Shown: piece after piece, positions 48,275-59,503 of the stretch
How positions within the stretch are numbered: the stretch's first letter is position 1
Layout of the letters: every line of letters starts with the position of its first letter
Assembly (NCBI GenBank): GCA_963756875.1
Contig: CAVWPA010000003.1
Location: 96,001 to 160,000, forward strand
Origin: an uncultured Verrucomicrobiae bacterium
Lineage (GTDB): Bacteria; Verrucomicrobiota; Verrucomicrobiia; Chthoniobacterales; UBA10450
Direction of reading: 5' to 3'
Length of the DNA stretch: 64,000 nt
Program-made: the position numbers and the translations under genes
Notes under the pieces: generated by a model
The model's input: only the letters and a program-made list of their open reading frames with translations
Databases searched by the model: none
What the model was told of the DNA's origin: nothing

Positions 48275-50743
48275 TCAAAATTGGTAGCCAACACTGAAGT
48301 TGATGTTTCCCTTTTTGCTGTTTCCAGCGCTCTGGGCAGGGATGCCGTAGTCGATCCGGAGCGGGCCGATGGGCAGATCCAGCCGGATCCCAATGCCAAA
48401 GTCGGACGCGAGGTCATAATAAGTTGAGCGAGGTCCCGTGGCGCCAGCTAGAATTCTCCTGGGATTACGCGGGATTGTCTGATCCTTCGGGGAGAAATCC
48501 CAGGCATCGGTGTTAACAAATCCGACGTCGTAAAAGAGTGCGCCCCGTGTTTTTATCACCAGCGGAAACGTCAACTCCACGGTGGCCCGAGCCAGCGACT
48601 GGCCGCCGATTGGCTGGTTATTGTTGTCCCTCGGGCTGACATCGCGAAATTGAAACCCGCGCAGATTTCCGGAGCCGCCAAGATAAAGACGGTCGTAAAT
48701 CGGAACGTTGGGGATCACTTCTGGAACCGTGTTGATGCCGGGGGGGGCGACAGCGCCGATCGAATTCACATAAATCGTTTTACTCTCCGGCTGGTTCCAA
48801 ACATCCACTGTCGCTGCTTCGCCATTGATCAACAGGATCAGGTCCCCGGGGAAATGGAAGTATTGTGACGCCTCCAGGTCCCAGCCATAGATCTGTTCGT
48901 TCCCGCCGAGGAAACCGCCCGACACATACGGAGCGAGAGAAATACGCTGCCCGTGCCGCGTCAAAAAGGGACTGTCGCGCCGATCGAAAACGAGACTGGT
49001 GCTGACCTGGCTCTTTACCTGCGAGCCCGCCTCGTTCTGGATCTCCGCAGAGACACCTGTCGCCACGTTGTAGATCTCGATATCCTGTAACCCGTAGCCC
49101 AAGGTACCGTACGTGTAGGGAAAGAGCGGTTTGCGCAACTCAACCGAGAAGCCGTAGTTGCGCTGGTCATATACCGAGCTCAGATAATTCGCTTCACTGT
49201 AGAAGGCTTGCCCACCCAGCGAAAGACGCTGATCCAGAAACCAGGGCTCCGTCAATGCCAGGAGAAAATCTTTCCGCTGCGTGCCAACCTGCGCGCGCGC
49301 CCGAAACTTCTCGCCGCCTCCGGTAAACGCCGGCCAGTTCGTCAAATCGAAGTTGCCCTGTGTTAGCTCAACAAACCCAACCAGACTGTCGACCGTGCTA
49401 AACCCGGCACCGAAGTTAAGCGACCCGGTCCGCTTCTCTTCCACTTGAATTACCAGGTCCTTGCGAGCCTCAACCCCGGTATCTTCAGGATAGGTGTCGA
49501 CCTTCGAAAAATAACCAAGGTTCTCGAGGCGCTTCTTACTGATATCCACCCGCACTGTGTTGAACACTTCGCCCGGGGCGATGAGAACTTCGCGCCGAAT
49601 CACCTTATCCTTGGTCCGCGAGTTGCCGACGATGCTTATCCGTTGAACAAACGAGCGCTGGCCCTCTTCGATCTTGTAATGAATGTCGATCCTGCCGGGG
49701 CCGGCCGGAGACCCTTCCGGTTGAATCACCGTATCGACGTAGCCACCCGTGCCGTAAGCGTCCGCGATGGCCTTGGCGTCGTCGTGCAATTGTTTCGGCG
49801 AATAAACCGCGCCCGCCTTCATCTTAATCACGCCCTCAAGTTTCTTCAGATCGGCCGCCTTGTAACCGGAGAATGAAATCTTGTTGGCGTGATATTTAAT
49901 CCCTTCGTTGAGCGCGATTGTGATCACCATTTTCCTGCGTACACGCTCTTTGCGCACGTCTTTTACCTCGACGTCGATGTAACCGTGGTTCTGATAGAAC
50001 TCCTTAACCTTCTCCAGGTCCTCCTGCAGCTGCGCTTCATCCAGACGGCCCGACTTGTCGAAAAATGCAAAGAGTGTCTTGCCCTTTGTCTTCATTTGAT
50101 GGCGCAGCACCTTGTCGCTGAAGTGCTCGTTACCTTCGAATTCGACCCGCGCGACCGCCCCTTTTACTCCCTCGGTCACCGTGTAAACCACACGCGCCGT
50201 CCCCCGCTTTTCGTCGATCGGCTCCACTCGATACTGCACGGCGACGTCGGTAAACCCATGGATCTGATACGTCTCGATAATCTTCTGGCGTCCTTTTTCG
50301 AGTTCCTCCTCCCTTACCGGCGCATTCAGTCTCAAGCCAGAGTCTTTCCGGATTTTCTTCGCCTTAATTCGCTTGGCCCCTTCGATGACGATCTCGCGCA
50401 CGATGGCGCGCGGCTGCACCGCGACGACCACTTTTACTCCGTCACTCCGGGGCTTGGCGTAGATTCGCACGTTCTGGACCGAGCCGGTCTTGTACAGGCT
50501 GCGAATGTCGTCCTCCACCACCTGATCAGAATAGGGCTGGCCGACCGCGGTCCTCATGTGCGCCAGAATGCGTTCCTGAGAAATCGTCGCGGGTCCCATG
50601 TATTGCACCTCAATCGACCGGACAATCGGCGCTCCCTGGCCAGCTCCCTGCCCGTCCGCCGGGCCCGCGCCGAGCAACACCAAAAGCAGTGTCATCGAAC
50701 CCAGAGACGCGCGGGCCCAAATTAAAACGCGAGATTGTCTCAT
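48275..50743 (-). CDS. bamA: Outer membrane protein assembly factor BamA
   Basis: POTRA repeats, GN.RTKD.VIRRE, LRGF, GPLRIDYG, terminal GYQF. Confidence 0.93.
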   Translation of the reverse strand: MRQSRVLIWARASLGSMTLLLVLLGAGPADGQGAGQGAPIVRSIEVQYMGPATISQERILAHMRTAVGQPYSDQVVEDDIRSLYKTGSVQNVRIYAKPRSDGVKVVVAVQPRAIVREIVIEGAKRIKAKKIRKDSGLRLNAPVREEELEKGRQKIIETYQIHGFTDVAVQYRVEPIDEKRGTARVVYTVTEGVKGAVARVEFEGNEHFSDKVLRHQMKTKGKTLFAFFDKSGRLDEAQLQEDLEKVKEFYQNHGYIDVEVKDVRKERVRRKMVITIALNEGIKYHANKISFSGYKAADLKKLEGVIKMKAGAVYSPKQLHDDAKAIADAYGTGGYVDTVIQPEGSPAGPGRIDIHYKIEEGQRSFVQRISIVGNSRTKDKVIRREVLIAPGEVFNTVRVDISKKRLENLGYFSKVDTYPEDTGVEARKDLVIQVEEKRTGSLNFGAGFSTVDSLVGFVELTQGNFDLTNWPAFTGGGEKFRARAQVGTQRKDFLLALTEPWFLDQRLSLGGQAFYSEANYLSSVYDQRNYGFSVELRKPLFPYTYGTLGYGLQDIEIYNVATGVSAEIQNEAGSQVKSQVSTSLVFDRRDSPFLTRHGQRISLAPYVSGGFLGGNEQIYGWDLEASQYFHFPGDLILLINGEAATVDVWNQPESKTIYVNSIGAVAPPGINTVPEVIPNVPIYDRLYLGGSGNLRGFQFRDVSPRDNNNQPIGGQSLARATVELTFPLVIKTRGALFYDVGFVNTDAWDFSPKDQTIPRNPRRILAGATGPRSTYYDLASDFGIGIRLDLPIGPLRIDYGIPAQSAGNSKKGNINFSVGYQF

Positions 50744-50888
50744 AACTTAAAGCTTAAAGATGCCGAGTCCCGCGACAAAACCCTGACGCGGGACAGAGCG
50801 GCTATTAGAGGAAGAAGGAGGGTCTGGTCAAGGCATCATTTTCGAGGAGGGGGGCGGCGTTGGCCCATTAGACAACGCCGCCTGCTTT

Positions 50889-51980
<1,092 letters not shown>

Positions 51981-51996
51981 TTCAGACGCATTTTAT

Positions 51997-54333
51997 ATGA
52001 CTCGCCGGCCCAATGCACGCAGATCGTTTGAGCTAAATTCCCGGGTGGAAAATCGCCGTTCAGCCCTCATTTCGCTGGCCGCCCTGATTGTACTGACGCT
52101 GGCGATGTTTGGCGACGTCCTGTTCGCCGGCGGCACGCGCGTGCTCGGACATCAGGGCGCCGATTTGTTTCTGCAATACTATTCCTGGCGCGACTTCGGA
52201 TTCCACCAGCTGGCAAAAGGAAATCTCGCGCTTTGGAATCCGCACATCTTCAGCGGCGCCCCATATTTCGGCGAAATGCAGGCGGCCTTGCTTTATCCGC
52301 CGAACTGGCTGTTCCTGCTCCTGCCGCTGCCCGCCGCAATCAACTGGACGATCGCGCTCAACATCTTCGCGATTGGCGCGTTCATGTTCTTCTGGATGCG
52401 GACTCGCGGCCTGCACCCGGCGGCCGCTTTTTTTGCCGGCGCGGTGATTATGTTCTCCGGCCCGCATTTTCTGCACGTCTTTGCAGGGCATCTGCCTCAA
52501 CTCGCCGCGATGACCTGGGCGCCCCTTATTTTTTGCGCCATCGACGGTCTCTTTAGGACCCCGCAGAAGATAAGCTGGTGCCTGCTCGGAATTTTTGCAG
52601 TCGCCATGCAGATTCTGGCAGGCTTCCCGCAGTACGTTTTTTACACCGGAATTGTCGCCGGGCTTTATTCCTCGTTGCGCTTGATTGGCCAATGGAATTG
52701 GCCGCTGGCGGCGAAACTGTTGAGTATCTACCTGGGCGCCGCTGTGCTGACCGCCGTGCAGTTGCTGCCGGCGGTCGATGCAACCCGCGAGACGGCGCGC
52801 GGCGTTGCGTTGCCATTTAATTTCGCATCGATGTTCTCCCTCCCGCCGGAGAATTTCCTCACCCTGCTCGCGCCGACTTTCTTTGGCGATATCGCCAGCT
52901 ATTGGGGACGTTGTTACTTATGGGAGACGTCGCTCTTCCTGAGCGTCACCGGCTTTGCGCTGGCGGTGTATGCGGCGATCTACGTCGAGCGCAAAACAAA
53001 ATGGGTTCTGCTGACCGTCATCTTCGCAGCGCTGCTTTTGGCGCTCGGCGTCCACACGCCCCTGTTCCAATTGCTTTACGATTGGACTCCCGGGTTCGAC
53101 CGGTTCCGAAGCACGGCGAAGTTTATTTTCCCAGCCTGCTTATTTCTGCTTCTCCTCGCCGCGACGGGGCTTGATCGCCTGCTCAGGCAAAAAAGGATCG
53201 AGTCGAAATTCGTCATCGGTATGTTCGCCGCAGCTACGGCCTTGGGAATCGCCGGCTTATGGGCGGCAGAGACGAACTCCTGGCAATCGATTATGAACAA
53301 AATGCAGGCGGCCGGGGAGACCTACCTGTTGCCGCAACTCTACGCGACCGCATCGTTTGTCAGTCAGTCGCAGCACACCGGCGCGATGTCGCTGTTTTTA
53401 TCGGCGGCGATCTGCACCCTCTTTGGAATTCTGTTGGCGCTGGGAAACCGTGATGGGCGCATGCTTTATGGTCTGGTCGCGCTCGGCATTCTGGAGGCGT
53501 TCTGGTTCGCCCACGCGGCGCGCCCTACTTTTGACAGCAGTAGCATTGTAAACTCGGAAGAAAAATCCATCCTGGACGAGCACCCGGGCGATTACCGCAT
53601 CATCAATCTGTTCAACCCCAACAGCGCAATGTCGATCGGCGCTTTTGATATTTGGGGTTACGATCCGGACGTCGTTCGACGTTACGCCGAATTTATCACG
53701 TGGACACAGGGCGGCGATCCAAACGATGCGACGTTGTACGTCAAGTTCACGCGGTTCGATCCGCTCTACGCGATGCTGCGCCTGCGTTACGTGTTTGCCT
53801 GGCACGCAAATAAACTGGAGAAGGCCGAAGCGCCTATTCCGCCAATGCCGCATTTGCAGCTCATTTCCAACTATCAGGTGTTGCAGGATCGAGACGCAAT
53901 TTTCAGCGCGTTGCATTCGGAGAGTTTCGATCCAACGCGCGAAGTGATCCTGGAACGCGAGCCGGAACCGAAGCCATCTCCTGACGGAAACGCGGGCACT
54001 GCGCGAATCGTAAAGAGTTCAACCGACGCGCTTACGATTGAAGCCAATGTCAATCGGCCTGCGATTTTGTTGATCACTGATCTCTACACGCCGAATTGGC
54101 GTGTTGTTTCGCTTCCCGGAAGTGCCCAATCGAAATATCAGCTGCTCCCTGCGAATTATATTTTGCGCGCCGTGCCGCTCGCAGCCGGTTACCACCGTTT
54201 GCGCATCGAGTATGCGCCGCTCGGGTTTGCCATTGGCAAATGGGTCTCGCTCGTGGCCGCCATTCTTTTCCTCGGCGCATGCACGCGTGTGTTGAAGGAG
54301 GCAAAATCGCCGTGCAAACAAGATAAATTGTAG
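51997..54333 (+). CDS. YfhO-like multi-TM membrane protein (GT-C type)
   Basis: WNP..FSG.P, many TM helices, C-terminal Y.P.W...AN..LRAVPL.AG.H. Confidence 0.7.
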   Translation: MTRRPNARRSFELNSRVENRRSALISLAALIVLTLAMFGDVLFAGGTRVLGHQGADLFLQYYSWRDFGFHQLAKGNLALWNPHIFSGAPYFGEMQAALLYPPNWLFLLLPLPAAINWTIALNIFAIGAFMFFWMRTRGLHPAAAFFAGAVIMFSGPHFLHVFAGHLPQLAAMTWAPLIFCAIDGLFRTPQKISWCLLGIFAVAMQILAGFPQYVFYTGIVAGLYSSLRLIGQWNWPLAAKLLSIYLGAAVLTAVQLLPAVDATRETARGVALPFNFASMFSLPPENFLTLLAPTFFGDIASYWGRCYLWETSLFLSVTGFALAVYAAIYVERKTKWVLLTVIFAALLLALGVHTPLFQLLYDWTPGFDRFRSTAKFIFPACLFLLLLAATGLDRLLRQKRIESKFVIGMFAAATALGIAGLWAAETNSWQSIMNKMQAAGETYLLPQLYATASFVSQSQHTGAMSLFLSAAICTLFGILLALGNRDGRMLYGLVALGILEAFWFAHAARPTFDSSSIVNSEEKSILDEHPGDYRIINLFNPNSAMSIGAFDIWGYDPDVVRRYAEFITWTQGGDPNDATLYVKFTRFDPLYAMLRLRYVFAWHANKLEKAEAPIPPMPHLQLISNYQVLQDRDAIFSALHSESFDPTREVILEREPEPKPSPDGNAGTARIVKSSTDALTIEANVNRPAILLITDLYTPNWRVVSLPGSAQSKYQLLPANYILRAVPLAAGYHRLRIEYAPLGFAIGKWVSLVAAILFLGACTRVLKEAKSPCKQDKL

Positions 54334-54388
54334 GGCAACCGCGCCGGTTGCCGTTTTTTAACTGGCAGGCGGAGCGCCTGCCCTGCAA
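54328..54388. repeat. GTAG-type REP doublet
   Basis: ttgtagggcaaccgcgccggttgcc ... ggcaggcggagcgcctgccctgcaa; same family as 1721-1800. Confidence 0.7.
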
Positions 54389-54396
54389 CTTTTGCC

Positions 54397-55368
54397 ATGC
54401 CGCATTCCGTCGCAATCGTCGGCGCGGGCGTCTCGGGGCTGACCTGTGCCGTTCGTTTCGCCGAGGATGGATTTCACACCGAAATCTTTGCGGACGAGAT
54501 CGGTCAGCGCACCACTTCCGCAGCGGCAGCGGCCATCTGGTTTCCATACGATGCAAAACCGGTCGACAAGGTAATCCACTGGGCGCTCGAAACCTACAAA
54601 GTACTCGCCGGTCTCGCCCACGATTCGGCCACCGGCGTGTCGATGATTGAACTTCGCCAATTCTCTCGCACCGGCAAAATCCAGATTCCAGACTGGGCAC
54701 ATTCGTTAGGTGCGTCTCTCATTTCGGCCCCCTCTCGCGTCGTGTCGACGGAAGCGGAGAGATCTCTTTCTGTTTTTCGGTCCGGCTACAGCATCAATGT
54801 CCCGCTCACGGACACCACAATCTACCTCGATTATCTTGCACAGCGATTCATCAAAGCCGGCGGCCAAATCAACGCAAATGTCCGACTGAAGAAGCTTGAA
54901 GAGATCGATCCGAAATTCAGCCTCATAATCAATTGCGCCGGATTCGGCGCGCATACGCTCGCGCCCGATGCCGACCTTGAGCCGCATCGCGGTCAGGTCG
55001 TGATCGTGCCCCTGATCGACAATCTAAAGTACGCCGTTGTTTGCGACGATGCTCCTCTGACATACGCCATACCGCGCAGAAACGATTGCGTCTTCGGCGG
55101 CACGAACGAAATCAGTGATCGCCGCAACCCCGATTCAGAAACCAGCTCGCGCATTCTCGCCGAATGCGGCCGTATTCTAAATGTAAGTGCGCCGAAAATC
55201 CTCGCCGAACGCGTCGGTCTTCGCCCCTTTCGAAAATCGGGCGTCCGACTTGAACGCGACCGGCTACACGACGCTCGGGCCGTCGTTCACAACTACGGCC
55301 ACGGCGGCTCGGGGTTCACTCTTTCATGGGGCTGCGCTCGACAGGTCCTCGACCTGGCCGGCCGGTGA
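54397..55368 (+). CDS. D-amino acid oxidase family FAD oxidoreductase
   Basis: GAGVSG, TTSAAAAAIW, NCAGFG, RGQV, VGLRP.R, HNYGHGGSG.TLSWG. Confidence 0.88.
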   Translation: MPHSVAIVGAGVSGLTCAVRFAEDGFHTEIFADEIGQRTTSAAAAAIWFPYDAKPVDKVIHWALETYKVLAGLAHDSATGVSMIELRQFSRTGKIQIPDWAHSLGASLISAPSRVVSTEAERSLSVFRSGYSINVPLTDTTIYLDYLAQRFIKAGGQINANVRLKKLEEIDPKFSLIINCAGFGAHTLAPDADLEPHRGQVVIVPLIDNLKYAVVCDDAPLTYAIPRRNDCVFGGTNEISDRRNPDSETSSRILAECGRILNVSAPKILAERVGLRPFRKSGVRLERDRLHDARAVVHNYGHGGSGFTLSWGCARQVLDLAGR

Positions 55369-55600
55369 TCTCCGTTCTCTCTCCTCTGTCACCGAATGTT
55401 GGGCATTGAAGAAAGTCCCCATAATGCTTGTCGGCGCAGACAGGGCATACACCGTGGCTGAACTGCGCCCGGGAATGTTCGCGGACATAAGCCTCCATCT
55501 GTCGCCAGTTACCGCTCTCATCGCGAATCGCCTTGCAGAAGCCGCAGATGGGAAGAATTCCTTCGAGTTGCTGCCCGCGGTGACGAAGTTGGGCGGAAGC
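55316..55600 (-). pseudogene. Orphan C-terminal Cys-rich domain of a sensor/regulator (LPICxxCK...SHGxCPxC)
   Basis: QLEGILPICGFCKAIRDESGNWRQMEAYVREHSRAQFSHGVCPVC; in-frame stop just upstream and no start before the first CxxC. Confidence 0.55.
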
Positions 55601-55755
55601 TTAGCTATTCCGTATGCTTTCGCGAGAAGGCGTTTTGGACGGGGGGCTGGAAGTCGGGAGTCCGTGGCCAGAAGACCCCCATGCGAGGCATCTACGAAAA
55701 TTCGAGGCCAGATTAGACCGCCTGCCAGTCGGGCGGACCGCCTAAGCAACAAGGA

Positions 55756-56154
55756 TCAGGTGATGGCGACAGCCTGAAAGGAGCTGACGACGTCGTCCGG
55801 GCCTTTCGCGGTGAAGAAGCTTTCGTAATAGCCGGGGCCGAGGTCCCAGTGCGGGCCCTTGTAATATTCGTCGCGATAAAAGCGCCAGACGCCACTTACC
55901 ACAATGAGGCAACTGATCCGATCGTCCCAAAAATCGCCGACGTAAAGAAAACTCAGATTCGTACGAGCGTAGGCGCCTTTGAAACCGGTGTGATCGTAAA
56001 CCACCAGCTCTGGCAGGCGAATAATCTCCTTGGACGGCTCCACAGCAACCTTGCCGACGCCGCTGGCGTGATAACTGAGCGGGCCAAGCTTCCATTTCGT
56101 GTCGATGATACAGCCGTTGTCCGGCGACAATTCAGTTTTCGGTATTTGTCTCAT
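55756..56154 (-). CDS. Beta/gamma-crystallin domain protein
   Basis: Y.H..FKG, WDDRISC, VSG.W.FY....YKG, GPG.Y, DDVVSS; ATG 56154. Confidence 0.75.
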   Translation of the reverse strand: MRQIPKTELSPDNGCIIDTKWKLGPLSYHASGVGKVAVEPSKEIIRLPELVVYDHTGFKGAYARTNLSFLYVGDFWDDRISCLIVVSGVWRFYRDEYYKGPHWDLGPGYYESFFTAKGPDDVVSSFQAVAIT

Positions 56155-56331
56155 AAGCGGCGAATGTTTGTTCCCGATTTTGGACGACCCAAAGGCCGAT
56201 GTCGAGCCGATTAGTGGAGGCAAAATGGTGTGGACACAAGATCCCAAATCCCAAGCACCAACTCCGAAAGCTTTCGCGAGCGGGCCTCCAGGGAGGCTCC
56301 AATCGCCAAATCTCAAACTCGTACCAGATTT

Positions 56332-56424
56332 CAACCGCGAATTACGCGGATTCAAACGAATGCCGAGCAGAACGTTCTCTTTTCTCTGCTCTGAAATCCG
56401 CGGCATCCGCGTAATCCGCGGTTA
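56332..56424. repeat. 9-nt periodic inverted repeat (ACGCGGATT type); sister copy at 61430-61514
   Basis: aaccgcgaattacgcggatt ... aatccgcggcatccgcgtaatccgcggtt. Confidence 0.7.
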
Positions 56425-56432
56425 ATGATAAT

Positions 56433-57521
56433 TTATATCAAATGCTCGCGATTGTCCGAGCGGAGCCGGATGGTTTTGTTCTGCAAATTGTGCATGGCGC
56501 GGATAAACCGCACGGTCTTGCTTTTCGCGCGCATCAAAATGGAATGGGTGATCGCTATCGTGCCCAGTGATTTCACGCCGCGCAGCAGGGCGCTGTCGCT
56601 GATCCCGGTGGCGCAAAAAATAATGTTTTTCCCGCGAGCGAGATCGTCGGCCGAATAGACGCGGCCGAGGTCCTTCTCGTATCCGGCGTCGATCAATTTT
56701 TTCCGCTCTTTGTCGTCGCGCGGCCACATTTTGCATTGCATGCGGCCGCCAAGACATTTGATCCCGGCTGCGGCGAGCACCGCTTCAGGCGAACCGCCAA
56801 TGCCCATGTAAAGATCGATGTCGGTCTCAGGCAGAGAGGGCGCCATGGCCGCCGCGATGTCGCCGTCGCCGATCATGCGCAGCGACGCGCCGGCGGCGCG
56901 AATTTGTTCGACGATTTCCTTGTGCCGCGACCGGTCGAGCATCATCACCACCACGTCCTGGACCCGCTTGTCCAAGGCGCGCGCGACAATGGCCAGCGTC
57001 TCGGCGATTGGCGCGTCGATATCGAGCGTATCACCACGTTTCTGCATGTACTGGATCACGCGCGGCCCATAAGCCAGCTTCGACATGTAAAACGAGGGCA
57101 CATCGAGGAGCGCGACTTTCACCCCTTCTTCGGGACTGGCCGCAGCGATACAACTGATCGAATTCGGCGCGCCCTTGGAAATATTGGTCGTTCCATCAAT
57201 CGGATCGATCGCGATATCGAACGGCGGCGAACCGGGAATCCAGGTGCCGAGTTGTTCGCCTTTGAAAATGCCGGGCGCTTCATCCTTGATTCCTTCGCCG
57301 ATGACGACCTCGCCGCAGATATTCGTGAGATCGAACATGCCGCGCATCGCGTCGCAGGCCGCGGCGTCGGCGGCTTCCTTGTCGCCGCGCCCAAGCCAGC
57401 GAAGAGAATTCAGGGCAGCCGCTTCGGTGGCACGCACGAAATCGAACTCGATGATCCGTTCGATGTCGGGATAATTTTGCTTGGGTAAACGGTGCGCCAC
57501 GGAACGATAAGATTCACGCAC
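56433..57521 (-). CDS. glpX: Fructose-1,6-bisphosphatase class II
   Basis: RATEAAA, GRGDK..AD, VVIGEG.KDEAP, DP.DGT, GIGG.PE. Confidence 0.92.
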   Translation of the reverse strand: MRESYRSVAHRLPKQNYPDIERIIEFDFVRATEAAALNSLRWLGRGDKEAADAAACDAMRGMFDLTNICGEVVIGEGIKDEAPGIFKGEQLGTWIPGSPPFDIAIDPIDGTTNISKGAPNSISCIAAASPEEGVKVALLDVPSFYMSKLAYGPRVIQYMQKRGDTLDIDAPIAETLAIVARALDKRVQDVVVMMLDRSRHKEIVEQIRAAGASLRMIGDGDIAAAMAPSLPETDIDLYMGIGGSPEAVLAAAGIKCLGGRMQCKMWPRDDKERKKLIDAGYEKDLGRVYSADDLARGKNIIFCATGISDSALLRGVKSLGTIAITHSILMRAKSKTVRFIRAMHNLQNKTIRLRSDNREHLI

Positions 57522-57924
57522 TTCCCACGGAATGACAACCGCCTACCGCGCAAAAGGTCCGAGGCACGCGGCTGGAGGAAAACGCCGAACGTCCAACGCC
57601 CAACATCCAACCTCGAAGTCAGAGAGGATTTCAGAGAAGGTAACCAAGGGAACAAAGGGGGCGGGACGCTAGCCAAGAGCGAAGAGGCTACAGGATCCAT
57701 TCGATTTCCCGTCAATTCGCGTGTTTCGCGGGAGTTTTTCAACTCTGAATCGGCAAAGTTCGTGACCCGCGAGAGCCTTCGGGGTCACCAGCACGCGAGG
57801 GCGGCCGCACGGGGCGGGCAGGCAGTGCGCTCCCCGGAATCGCGGACGCCGCAGCGCGGCGTCCCTGCCAGTTACAGCGTTCCTGACCTTGCTTTGTTAA
57901 GCCAGAAGTTTTAAAAAATAAGGG

Positions 57925-59448
57925 ATGCGGGCTGTACGAGGGAAAATCTGGATCGCCGTTTTGTCGTTGCTCTTCTGCTTTTCGATTCCGGCACAATTGC
58001 GCGCGCAAGCGGTGCCGGGGCTGGCCGCCGTCCGCGTGGCAACAGGTTTGAGCTCGCCGCTTTTCGTGACCACGCCGCCCGGCGATTTCAATCGCCTTTT
58101 CATTGTCCAGCAGACCGGGCAGATCCGGATTCTAAATCTGGCGACCGGCACACTGAACGCGACGGCGTTTCTCGACATTCATACGTCGCTGGTCAGCGGA
58201 GGCGAACGAGGGTTGCTCGGTCTGGCGTTCGATCCGGACTACGCGACCAACGGCAAGTTCTATGTCGACTTTACCGCGTCCGGCGGCGTATACGGCCAGG
58301 GCGTGACGCACATTGCGCAGTTCACCGTCTCCGCCAATCCCAGTGTCGCCGATCCAACCAGCGTGATAACGCTGCTGACGTTCGATCAACCGCAGGCGAA
58401 CCACAATGGCGGCTGGATCGGATTCAGCCCGCGCCCCGGTGACGATCACAATCTTTACATCGCAACCGGCGACGGCGGCAACGGGAACGACCAGGACGGC
58501 GGCGTGGGGCACCACGAACCGGGCGGCAACGCACAATGGAATGAGACGCTACTCGGCAAAATGCTGCGTATTCATGTCGATCCAACCACCGGAACATTCA
58601 CGATCCCGGGCGACAATCCGTTCGCGGGCTCCGCGCCGCCCGTAAAAAGAGAGATCTGGCTGGTCGGATTGCGCAATCCGTTTCGCGACAGCTTCGATCG
58701 ACTGAACGGACGCATGTTCATCGGCGACGTTGGACAGGACTCCCGCGAGGAAGTTGATGTGCAGCAGCCGGACAACCCCGGCGGCGGCGAAAATTACGAA
58801 TGGAGGCTCCGCGAGGGATTCATCGCGACGCCGACCGGCAATCCCGTCGTCGGCGGCAACCGGCCGGCCGGCGGCATCGACCCGATTTTTGATTACCCGC
58901 ATCCTGCTCCTCCCAGCGGTCTGGCAGGGCAAACGGTGATCGGCGGTTACGTCTACCGGGGCAAACAAATTCCCGCGTTGATCGGCACTTATGTTTTTGC
59001 GGATTATCTCGGACCGGAAGGCGCTGGAAACATCGGGAAAATTTACAGCCTGAATTTCGACGGGACGACTGCGTCGAATCCGCAGAACATCACCACGGAA
59101 TTATTTCCGACGAGCACGGGCAATTTTAGTTTGGAGAATCCCACTTCGTTAGGCGAAGACGCCAATGGAGAACTTTACATTTGCGATATCAGCGCCGGCA
59201 GCGTTTACGAAATCGTGCCGGTGACGCCGAACGTGACGATCGACAGCATCGAAAGAGATTCGCAGAGCGGGCATATTGTTTTAACCGGCACCGGCGTGCC
59301 GTTCAAAATGCACACCGTCAAGGCGACGGCTGATCTCACGCAAACATTTATGACCATCGGCACCACCACCGCGAACGGTGACGGCACATTTCAATACGAC
59401 GATGCCACAAACCTGACCACGCGTTTTTATCAGGTTGCTTATCCCTAG
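57925..59448 (+). CDS. Secreted PQQ-dependent glucose/sorbosone dehydrogenase-family protein with extra C-terminal domain
   Basis: Signal peptide; GERGLLGLAF.P, NHNGG, GDGG, GKMLRI, GLRNP.R, DVGQ..REE. Confidence 0.85.
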   Translation: MRAVRGKIWIAVLSLLFCFSIPAQLRAQAVPGLAAVRVATGLSSPLFVTTPPGDFNRLFIVQQTGQIRILNLATGTLNATAFLDIHTSLVSGGERGLLGLAFDPDYATNGKFYVDFTASGGVYGQGVTHIAQFTVSANPSVADPTSVITLLTFDQPQANHNGGWIGFSPRPGDDHNLYIATGDGGNGNDQDGGVGHHEPGGNAQWNETLLGKMLRIHVDPTTGTFTIPGDNPFAGSAPPVKREIWLVGLRNPFRDSFDRLNGRMFIGDVGQDSREEVDVQQPDNPGGGENYEWRLREGFIATPTGNPVVGGNRPAGGIDPIFDYPHPAPPSGLAGQTVIGGYVYRGKQIPALIGTYVFADYLGPEGAGNIGKIYSLNFDGTTASNPQNITTELFPTSTGNFSLENPTSLGEDANGELYICDISAGSVYEIVPVTPNVTIDSIERDSQSGHIVLTGTGVPFKMHTVKATADLTQTFMTIGTTTANGDGTFQYDDATNLTTRFYQVAYP

Positions 59449-59503
59449 GGCGCGGTCGAACGGAATCAGAATGGCAGGGACAGCGCGTCGCGGGGCGCGG
59501 CGT

